Translations under genes and position numbers: made by a program
Notes under the pieces: generated by a model
The model's database searches: none
Seen by the model: only the letters and a program-made list of their open reading frames with translations
Told to the model about the DNA's origin: nothing
Part shown: positions 36,237 to 47,671 of the stretch, piece by piece
Layout of the letters: each line of letters opens with the position of its first letter
Position numbering within the stretch: the stretch's first letter is position 1
NCBI GenBank assembly: GCA_951406725.2
Contig: OX597816.1
Span: 78,678,001 to 78,742,000 of the forward strand
Length of the DNA: 64,000 bases
Direction of reading: 5' to 3'
From: Octopus vulgaris
Lineage: Eukaryota

Positions 36237-37106
36237 ATGTTGCACACATATGGTTGTGATGCATTTGCCTGGTATACCCTTATCAGACAGGTAGTCATGA
36301 TAAGTATACCAGGCTTCATATATTTTAGTTGAAATTTACACAAAAACAAAAGACGAAGACAGGTGTATGAGCAACAAGCAGGTGTATTAATTTGACGCTC
36401 GGTAAAGTGAGAAAGTCTTTTACGTTTCGGTCACGCTCTTCAACAAAAAGAAATAAGAGAAAATAAACAGAGAATATTTTACCCCAGTGTCCCTTTCTAT
36501 AGGAACACCATAGCCATCAGTGAGACCAGACTCAACAGCACGCAGGCACTCCAGCACTCAGCGCACATTCCGACATTTATTTTTCTCCGCGTCTGCCGAG
36601 AATGGCCGGTGGTGATACTGCGGTGTTCCTTCGGAAGAGTTTGGACCTCAAAGTAAGAGCAATTTTCATAGACCCGGGGGGTAGGCTGGTCGTCTTGGAT
36701 GTCGATGGCAGCAATGGGTCTGCTTTTAGAATGATAACAGTTTATGCACTGTCCTTAATAGGTTGGCCAGATTTCTTTCAACGTCTAGAGGTTTGCCTGG
36801 GAACGTCTCGATCTTTACTTTTAGTGGGGGATTGAAACACTACCCTATGTTGCACACATATGGTTGTGATGCATTTGCCTGGTATACCCTTATCAGACAG
36901 GTAGTCATGATAAGTATACCAGGCTTCATATATTTTAGTTGAAATTTACACAAAAACAAAAGACGAAGACAGGTGTATGAGCAACAAGCAGGTGTATTAA
37001 TTTGACGCTCGGTAAAGTGAGAAAGTCTTTTACGTTTCGGTCACGCTCTTCAACAAAAAGGAATAAGAGAAAATAAACAGAGAATATTTTACCCCAGTGT
37101 CCCTTT
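36237..37106. repeat. 260-bp direct repeats (36237-36496 and 36847-37106) flanking a ~350-bp Tx1 APE fragment
   Basis: Both arms read atgttgcacacatatgg...accccagtgtcccttt, with one difference noticed. The insert matches ~43793-43806 joined to ~43897-44236. Confidence 0.9.
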
Positions 37107-37138
37107 GATGGCATGTACTGTTCTCTCATTCAATAATG

Positions 37139-37208
<70 letters not shown>

Positions 37209-37384
37209 TAATAATAAAAAAAAATAATAATAATGATGATGATGATGATGATGATAATAAAGGGCACCACAACAAACCACAGTACATACCCAAGGCACAC
37301 AAAACTACGCTCGGTTGTGCAGTGAAAGCACCTGATAAAAATAAGACCACTGAATAATAATAATAACAATAATAATAATAATGT

Positions 37385-38432
37385 TTTCTACTAAAGGAAC
37401 ATGGCTTGAAATTTGGCGGGAGGAGACTAGTCGATTACATCGACACTAGTGTTTCACTGGTACTTAATTTGTCGAACCCAAGAAGATTAAAGGCAAAGTC
37501 AACCGCGGCGTAATTTGAACTCAGAGCGTGAAAACAGACGAAATACTGGGAAGCATTTCGCCCGGCGTGCTAAGTGTTCTGCCAGCTCATCGCCTTAATA
37601 ACAATCTTTTCTCCAAAAGGTACCAAGCCTGAAATTTTTTGCGTGGGAGGCGGGGACTGTTAATTGCATCGACCCCAGAACTCAACTGATACTTATGATA
37701 TCGACTCTGACAGGATGAAAGATAAAGTCGACCTCGGCAGAATTTGAACTCAGAACGTAGCAACAGACGAAATCCCGCTAAGCATTTCGTCCAGCGCGCT
37801 AACGATTTTGTCAGTTTGCCGCCTTGAAAAGTAGTCAAACCAGCCTCCTGATACCAGTAATTATTTCTACTCTAGTCACAAGCCTTGAAAAGTCTGGAGG
37901 AAGGGAGCCAGTCGGTTACATCGACATCAGTGCGCAACTAGTACTCATTTCATTGGCCTCGAAAGGATGAAAGGCAAAGTCGGCCCCGGCGGAATTTGAG
38001 CTCAGACGTAACGGCAGACGCAATACCTATTTCTTTACTACCCACAAGGGGCTAAACACAGAGAGGACAAACAAAGACAGACAAACGGATTAAGTCGATT
38101 ATATCGACCCCAGTGCGTAACTTGTACTTATTTAATCGACCCCGAAAGGATGAAAGGCAAAGTCAACCTTGGCGGAATTTGAACTCAGAACGCAATACCT
38201 ATTTCATTATTACCCACAAGGGGCTAAACATAGAGGGAACAAACAAGGACAGACATAGGTATTAAGTCAATTGCATCGACCCCAGTGCGTAACTGGTACT
38301 TAATTTATTGACCCCGAAAGGATGAAAGGCAAAGTCGACCTCGACGGAATTTGAACTCAGAACGTAACGGCAGACGCAATACCGCTAAGCATTTCGCTCG
38401 GCCTGCTAACTATTCTACCAGCTTGCCGCCTT
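37385..38432 (-). mobile_element. Cluster of tandem or nested tRNA-derived SINEs (third family); others at ~52215-52430 (+), 53305-53530 and 57760-58805 (-)
   Basis: Repeated gaccccgaaaggatgaaaggcaaagtcgacctcggcggaatttgaactcagaacg, with B box gagttcaaatt on the minus strand and head ggcggcgagctgg. Confidence 0.88.
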
Positions 38433-38433
38433 C

Positions 38434-39018
38434 CCGGATGCGAACTTTTTTCCCCACGAGAGTTTTGGACCCCAGTTATGAATTCATTTGCATACAGCCA
38501 ATCAGAGTTCAACTATCAAACTAATTTATGAGCGCATAACAAGTGATGGGCAATAAGATAAGGTCACTTGGGTAAGGAATGGCCATGCTTCTTTTCTCTT
38601 TTAATAATGCTTGTTCTTGTTGTTTCAACCATGTCTGCATCTGCGTAGTTATCTGTGTTGTTATTTACTTTGTAAAACAGTAAGGGAAGACGGTTGCTAG
38701 CGCTTCACCCTCTACCCACCTTTTCTCATTGACATCTTTACTATATGGGGCCCTAACAAAATCCGATAATAAGGATAGATACAAATCTATCTAATCACTT
38801 GTCTCCTTCTAAAATCAGGCATAACTTGGTGATCTACAACACTGTTCTTCGTCTTGAGTTTATTTGGTAGAGGGTGTTTTGCCAAGAGATTGGTTGTTTT
38901 TAACACATTCACGAACGTTATGTTGGGTTGTATGCAAATGCGTTAATTACTGGAATCCAGAACTCTCGTGGCAAAACAAAACAAAACAATAAATAAATAA
39001 ATAAAATTCGCCTCCCGG
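38434..39018. mobile_element. MITE-like element with imperfect ~60-bp terminal inverted repeats
   Basis: ccacgagagttttggaccccagt...atttgcatacagcc (38454-38500) versus ggttgtatgcaaat...actggaatccagaactctcgtgg (38926-38971). Confidence 0.6.
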
Positions 39019-39397
39019 ATGCCAATAATAATTCTGAATTTGTCATGCTTTCTAACAGTCGAAGTCGAACACCCATTCGTCAAAAGAGATTCGGTCAGTT
39101 ATACCTTGTTTAATAGTTATACTTAGGTGTGGTTTGGAATGACAAATACTATAATACAATATCATGAGTAATATGAAATTTACTTAGTCCATTATATGTA
39201 ATTTTTGCAATAAACTCCTATGTAGATAAAGGAATACATTTAGTATAAGATGTCGGCTTTGTTGGCCTTTCATAATAAATAAGCTAACATTTCTTCTGCT
39301 TCACTTAACTTTTTGTCTCTCCTTCCTCTCTCACTCTTCCTACTTGTTTACTTCTTCCTCCACTCCTTTCTTACAAATAAACAAACAAATAGGAAGA

Positions 39398-39438
<41 letters not shown>

Positions 39439-40760
39439 AGGGGAGAGAAACAGTTACTTGTTTGCTTCTTCCTCCACTCCTTTCTAAGTTTAAATATGGA
39501 CAGGTTGTACGCCAAGTTTTATGCACTGCGATTTGATAATTGCGAAATGTAAAAAGTTGTTGCTACACAGATTTTATTTAGTTTTAACTTATAATTCTTT
39601 CATATATGAATTCTATTTATTCGCTGGATTTTGTATTGAACCATAGAAGAGATGTCACAACTTATATGAAACATTAAACATACATTATGAGGGCTAAACC
39701 GATTAAAACGATTACGATATAGAGGGCATTAGTAAATTATATATTTAACATTAAGGGTGTATATACCAAATTAAATATATACTTAGTGTGTAACCCAGAT
39801 TTTGGTGGGTGGGTGTCTTGTGTTTACAAGAAAGAAACAAGGAAAAGGGGACAAGGTTTGGGTGTTGAAATTTGTATGCGTATAGTGATGTATAAATAAT
39901 AAACATTTTAATATATGAATAACTTAATGAATAAAGGCTATTAATGATGAGAAGCGAAAATTAATAAATGAATGAAACAGTATTACATATAACATTTCAT
40001 GCATCCAACATAATATAAATTGAATTTATATACATCATAAAAATTATTTATCTATACATACAATAACTACACTGTATGATATTATGTATATATATACACA
40101 TACATACATGTATTACATACAAATCTATTATTTATATTATACATATCTATAAATTTATATTATATAATGATGCAAAAGACGCTGCAAATATAAACATTTT
40201 GAGGCCATAAACTGAAGGGTCACTCGTAAACAGAGCGGGATAACAAAACCGTTCCCTCATTTAGTTTCCACTATAATTAGGACCCTACAGTGATGGAGGG
40301 GTACAAAAAATGATAATCTAGTTTTGTGTGCGTTTTTCTTTCAATTTTTCTCTAATACTTTTTTCTTGTTGCTGTTATAAAATGAATTAACTACATATTT
40401 AATATATAAAGAACATAGATAATATGCACCGCCGGAACTTCTTGTTGACAAACAACAGCAGTAATTGCATTCACCTCAACAGACGTCATTGATTGGTTGA
40501 AATTGCCGAAATGCGAGAAATTTAACAACAAATAGCTTACAAACTACAGAATTTTCTCAAGAACGCCAAGAGGAAAAAGATGTTTTATATGACACATTCC
40601 ACCAGTATACGAAGTTTAAAATTGTTTAGTTACAAAAAAATTATTTTTAAAATCTGCCGGTCAAAGTGAAAAGATCCTACATATATACAAATATATATGT
40701 GTTTGTGCTGTGTGAGTATACATGTTCTTGTGGTGCATCTGTGCACTGTATACAATAATT

Positions 40761-40821
<61 letters not shown>

Positions 40822-41693
40822 GCACGCTCGCGCGCACACACACATATCTATCGCTTACATGTTCCAGCTATGCTGGGGCACCACCTTGGGAGGTTTTAGC
40901 CGAACGAATCGACCCCACTACTTATTTCTCTTGGCTTGGCATTTATTCGTAGGATCACGGTTTCGATTCCCAGACCGGGCATTGTGATTGTTTATTGAGC
41001 GAAATCATTTAAAGCTTCACGAGGCTCCGGCAGGGGGAGGTGGTGAACTCTGTTGTATTCTTTCACCACAGCTTTTTCTCACTGTTTCTTCCTGTTTCTG
41101 TTGTACCTGTATTTCAAAGGGCCAGGCTTGTCACACGCTGAATCTTCCCGTGAACTACATTAAGGGCACACGTGTCTGTAGAATGCTTAGCCACTTGCAC
41201 GCTAATTTCACGAGGAGGCTGTTCCGTTGATTAGATCAACTGGAACCTTCATCGTTGTAACCGGCGGAGTGCCGAAGTAATATATATGAATGACCATGAG
41301 ATGGCACCTAGAAAGTTTCCTTCCTATGCACAAGTACGGGCAAGGGTGTTCATGGAAGACCTGCAAATACCCATCCATATCAGCCTCCCCGCTCCACACC
41401 AAATGATGAAAGACAAAAACAAAGATGCATATGCCCTCTCTATCTCTCCCCCTTCTCTCTCTCACACACATTACCGAAAATTCTTGCATGATCTCAGTGT
41501 AACACTATGATTCAACCTTATTACATAAGGGAAAGGCAAAGGCCGATACAGCTTGGCTAGTGAGGTCACAACTCATTTCTACAGCTAAGTGAATGGGAAC
41601 AACGTGAATAAAGTGTCCGGAAATCGAACCCATTAGCTCATAATTGCCAGCCTGACGATCTAACCACTGAGTCATGCGCCTTCTCTTGCACAC

Positions 41694-41774
<81 letters not shown>

Positions 41775-43700
41775 CTGACGTGATGTCGCATCGGCTCCGT
41801 AGGTGACCCCTTTTTTCGACTTTTTATTGCACACATTTTGATTCAATGTTTGCACACAGGGTGTGTAAAACACCCAGCTTTCGTTTGAGTGTGTTTTCAA
41901 GGGAGGAACTGACCCCTAGGGGCAGTTTAAAACCTATTTACATTTCTATTTTCTTCGATTTCCTTGCCATATTTCGAAACAAATAGGGCTAAGAAACCAT
42001 GAGACCGACTTCCCGCCTCTACCAATGCTAGAGGCGAAGCAAGCTGAAAGCAAAGCCGTTCTGCGAGAACGCACACAAGCCTTAGAAGGCACGAGTGCTT
42101 CTGCTACTATAATCACTGGCTCTACCACTGCTACCACCACTACCGCAATCACCACCACAACCAACACGAATACCGAAAACAATTTTGCCGCAGCTTTAAA
42201 ATTAAAGGAAACAGTCATGTGCTTTTCCAAAGAAGAACTACTCGCTTGTAATGCAATGTTAGAAAAAGACGACCTCAGCATACAACTACAGACACCACAA
42301 AACCTCACGGAAAAGAAACCTCAATTATTTAGAGGACACTCAACCTAAAAACAAGGCTATACGAAAAGGCCACTCAAGAAAATGTTGAAAAATGTTTAAG
42401 GCCTATATGGGCCTTTAAAGACTACATCACGAGGGAAACAGATTTGCCACGATTGAAGTTTGTTTCGACAGTAAAGAAAGAGCCAAGAACCTCTCCACAA
42501 AGTCCTTCCAATTTGAAAATTTACTGATGATCCCCACATACCTTGGCCGTAGGGTCACAAAAATTAAAATAAAGAATATGCCTTCTGAAATAGAAATAAA
42601 ATGGCTCGTGTCCGACATTTGCTATGACATCGAGGGCGAAATCCATATCGTGGAAATCGTTGTCGTGGACCAGCAAAACTGCATTGGCGAAGAAATCGAA
42701 ATCCTTGCTCAAATTAATTCGATGATTTTCAAAAAAACTCCACATCGAATCCAATTGAGAGAGTATTCGAATTTACATGTGGCCGTCGAAGGCAGAAAGC
42801 CACGGTGCTACGTTTGTGGTAGCAAAGCACGCTTCCAAATTACGTGCCCACTAGCACAGAAACAACAACAGCAACAACAACGACAACAAGATCATGAAAA
42901 ACCACAACAACCACAAGAAAACCAAAAATCGTGCAAGAAACCATATGCATAACTAATTAAACAGCTCTACAAACAAATGAAGGAACATCATCAACCAACA
43001 AGTCAGCCCAACCAAACAACACCACCACCAGCGCCACCAAGAACAGAAACAACACCATCATCACCACCACCAACAACAACAACTTCAAAGGAGGAAGAGA
43101 AAACCAAAAAGACTCATACCCCACCACCAAAAACCCATACACCACACCCCAACTGTCACCAACCAGCATCAACACAACAAAGTCAACACACTCAGAAACA
43201 GACCCCAATACACTTCCCCTCCCACCTTCTGATTCCTCCAACATGTCGTCAGATGAAGACGACACGGAGGATTGGCAAGTGGCCATAGGGGGAAGGAGAA
43301 AAAGGGGTAAAAAAGAATAGAGAAGCAGATAAGCAGAGCAGGCAGGTTTACCACTCCCGAAACCAAAACACCCGCAGAAAACACAAGCATCAACACAAAT
43401 ACACTAATCCCCGCAACAATGTTGACAGCCATAAGTACCAACAACCCAGACCTAAGGGAATACATAAGGTCAAACACCAACATAAAAGAAAATGATACCA
43501 AAACAAAGAATCACCCACGCACAACACCATCACAACACATCAAAATCATACACATAACACAGAACACACACAGCATCCTGAAATCTCTCTACCCTGATGA
43601 AGCTGGGAGATTTCAAAAATACCTGTCCAAAAAACTGTACAAAAACCTTCTGGGAGAAAACTGTGAGGTGAAAAACAAAGAACTTTCAGACAGTAAGTGA

Positions 43701-43755
<55 letters not shown>

Positions 43756-46700
43756 CTCTCTTTCGTCTTCCTTTTGTGTGTAAAACGCAACTTTCTATAG
43801 GAACATGCTCAAAATAGGCAGTATAAATGTACGTGGCTTGGGTCGCCTTGGAAACAAGGCTACCTGTTAAACGACATCAAGTCACAAAACCTGCATACCA
43901 TAGCCATCAGTGAGACCAGACTCAACAGCCCGCAGGCACTCCAGCACTCAGCGCACATTCCGACATTTATTTTTCTCCGCGTCTGCCGAGAATGGGCGGT
44001 GGTTACACTGCGGTGTTCCTTCGGAAGAGTTTGGACCTCAAAGTAAGAGCAATTTTCATAGACCCGAGGGGTAGGCTGGTCGTCTTGGATGTCGATGGCA
44101 GCAATGGGTGTGCTTTTAGAATGATAACAGTTTATGCACTGTCCTTAATAGGTTGGCCAGATTTCTTTCAACGTCTAGAGGTTTGCCTGGGAACGTCTCG
44201 ACCTTTACTTTTAGTGGGGGATTGAAACGCTACCCTGGACACGCATCTATACTACGTGGGCAGAGATAGTAATAGGAGGGGATGCAAATGCCTTAAAGAC
44301 CTGCTCAGACGTTTCCAACTGTCTGACAGGTACCGACTGGACCACATGAATGTGCCAATGTGGGCATGGAGCAACCGCATCGGGTCGTCCAGATCGTACT
44401 TAGATTATTCTGGAGGACAGTGGATAAGGATAGTGTAGGTTGTCCACAATTCCATATAGTCAGCTACACAGACCACAAATTTGTGACTTGTGCACTTGAC
44501 TTAGATAAGACACATAGGCAGCGTCCCGGTTACTGGAAGCTGAACGCGTCGTTCACGGCACGCCAGACTTACAGGGACCGGATTAGCACATTAGTTAAGA
44601 GAGCATTGACGGGTGCCATAATCAACAACAGATGGTGGTATGCTCTAAAGAAAGCAATTAAAGCAGAATCGGTTTTGTACAGTAAGGCCCTAGCATTAGA
44701 CCGAAATAGAATAGAGGGAGACCTAGTTAAGAAATTAGAAGAGGCACTTAGGACTGGCATCGCGTCCAACGTACTGGCAGCGAGGTTGGCCTTCGACCAA
44801 CACTTCAACGCCAAACACGAAAGATGCGTTGTCAGAGCTAGGATGCGTGATCTGAGGAACGAAGGAGCTGAGCCGCCCGAGAGGCCCGAGTGGCGGAGGC
44901 GCAACGATGTAACAGAGCAACGATTAGGTCACTTACAGGGGCGCGAATTACTCGAGCCTGAAAGGATGCGTGAAGCCTTTCAATAACACTTTGCCCGACT
45001 GTTTGGGACGACTGGTGGGTCAGGACGCAGAGTGAACTTTAGTGCTTACTTGCATGGCCTTCCACGACTCTCAGCAAGAGAGGCGGAGTGTTGTGAAAGA
45101 CCCATCACAGCCGCAGACGTACGGGATACGATAGCAGGCTGCGCGAGAGACAAGTCACCAGGCTTGGATGGTCTGCCCTACGAATTTTAATTTCAGATGT
45201 CAGACTTGTTTGGAGGCGTCTTGGCAGCTGTCTACGAGTATCCCCGTCTTTGTAAAGCGAGGAGTAGTGGCACTGCTAAAGAAAGATCCAAACAAGGGGA
45301 ACGTCATAGATAACTTCAGGCCCATCACTCTGCTCAACGCAGATTTGAAAATCTTGACTAAGGTGTTAGCCGAGAGGTTGGCGCTTGTCATCGAGAAACT
45401 AGTCGACAAGGTGCAAACGTACGCCATGCCAGACAGAAGTATCCATGACAACCTCCATCTGATGCGCTATATCATAGTTAAGGATCCTGGCATGAGTGGG
45501 GCGCTGATCAATTTGGATCAATCAAAAGCTTTCGATACGGTAGACCATCACTACTTGGAAGTTATCCTTAAAGCGGCTGGTTTCGATCCCATGTTCCACG
45601 GCATCCGCTCGGTAGTTCGCGTAAATGGTCATCTATCCAGACCATTTAACATCATGCATTCGGTTCTTCAAGGATGTCCCCTCTCGTCGCTTCTGTATGT
45701 ATTGACTCTTGAGCTACTACTGCCGAAGCTGGCGACGCTGAGGGGCATCCCACGAGGGCTGGGATGCGGGAGGAGCGTGTCTGCATACGTGGACGATGTC
45801 ACCGTCATTGTCTTGAGCCACAAGCATACCGACCTGGTCGGCGAGACACTAAAAGAAAACGAAGCGGTAACGGGAGAAAAAATTAACCGGGAAAAGTCAG
45901 TGGCCTTGTGGATCGGCACCTGGAGAAGCAAGCCCATGTCGTCCAACAGCGTCTCCATCGTGGGACGCTGGACCGAGGGATCGGTTAAATTGCTCGGAGT
46001 CTGGTTCGGTCCGGACCTCCAAAAGGAGAAGAACTGGGGTGAAATAACGACTAGGGTGGCCACTCGCACCCATCAATGGGCCGAGAGGAAGCTATCCCTA
46101 AAAGGTCGGGCGGAGGTGGCGAACGCGTACATCGCATCCGTCATCGAGTACCGTCTGACCGTCGTGTCTTGTCCCGATCCTACCATCACCAAACTAGAAC
46201 GCATACTCTTCCGCTTCCTGTGGAAGGGAAGTATTCCGATGGTTAGGCGATCCATTTGCTGTCAACTCATGCTAAATGGAGGGCTAGGCATGCCGTGGGT
46301 GATGATGTGCAGACATGTGCTGGGACTGCGACATCTCCGACGCTTCATAGACGACAGTAAACAGGTGTGGTCGCCGTTTGTGCGGCGCGCTTTCCCGCAG
46401 CTCGTCTCCTTGGCTGAACTAGAGTCATGGATCAAACAGAGACCGAGGCTAGGCGAATAGCACCGCGAGTGTCACGTTGCTCTCAAACAACTCTGCCGTC
46501 CGGGACCAAACTTGTGCGACTTCATTACAACAATGGCGTTCTATAGAGGATTAGTGGAGGGGAGGTGCGATGACTTTCTCGGGCAGAATCTGGGCGTCGA
46601 CGAGGAACACCTGACCTGCTTGTTCAGGATAACTTTCGGGCCGGGACCTATGGACAATCACCAAAGATCCCTGACCTGGCAGTGCTATCGAGAAGCATTA

Positions 46701-47498
46701 CCTGTTCGGGATAAGCTCTACAGGCACAGTTCGAGACACACCGGACCGACTTGCCCGAGATGCGGTCAGAGCAACGAAACCGTTCTGCACGCTCTCGTGC
46801 AGTGTCCAACCATTTCGGACCCGTGAGTTTATGCCGAACGGCTGCTGGTCACGTGTGGCACGAGTTCGCCTGTCGACCGAGTCTATCGTGACAATTGCTC
46901 CGCCACTTTCCCTCAACCGGAAGGCAAGGCAGTTTATGGTGACTATGGTGAAAGAATATGTGTGGTGGACTCGTGCGAAAGGATTAGAGACAAACACTTA
47001 CCTCTCTGGCCAATCGCTCATCAACTTTTTCAAGTACCACTTAAAAAGGAAGGTGAGACTGGAGAAGCAGGTTATGTCTCGTGAAAGTTTCCAAAAAAAG
47101 GTGGGTGAATGTAGCAAAGATGGTGCGTGCGAGCGACGAAACCACTATGAGCATGATCCTATAAATCGTAAAAAGAGAAAGAGGGAGGGAGGGAAAGAGA
47201 GAGAGAGAGCACTTTGCTCTCATGTGTTTATTCCCTCCTTGCCTGAGGTTACTGTGGTCTTTTCCATAGGCTTTTCTTTCCACGGATAAACCTAATCTTG
47301 CTTCTTATATTTTAAAAATTTCTTCTGTGATACACGATCCTTTTTTGTTTCTTTTCTTTTTTTTTATTCCGATCCCCTTTGATCGGAATCTTACATTTTT
47401 TCTCTTTTTTTTCCTTTTTCTTTTTCATTTTCGAAAAGAAATGCTCTACATTTGTATTTGTCCCCTCTGTATTCAGCATGTGTGGCCAATAAAGAAAG

Positions 47499-47500
<2 letters not shown>
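41775..47500 (+). mobile_element. Full-length-sized Tx1/L1-like LINE inserted in a (CTAT)n microsatellite, disrupted
   Basis: (CTAT)n on both sides (41695-41774, 47501-47671). ORF1 has a degenerate zinc knuckle CYVCGSKARFQITC. APE SINVRGL/ISETRL/TDHK; RT NFRPITLLNADLK, LDQSKAFD, QGCPLS, YVDD; C-terminal CPRC....ETVLHALVQC. 3' end gccaataaagaaag. Confidence 0.93.
45168..46460 (+). pseudogene. Tx1-like ORF2 reverse transcriptase segment
   Basis: 430-aa ORF with non-LTR RT motifs, bounded by frameshifts and stops. Confidence 0.88.
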
Positions 47501-47560
<60 letters not shown>

Positions 47561-47601
47561 GTCTGTCTGTCTATCTGTCTGTCTGTCTATCTGTCTGTCT
47601 T

Positions 47602-47671
<70 letters not shown>

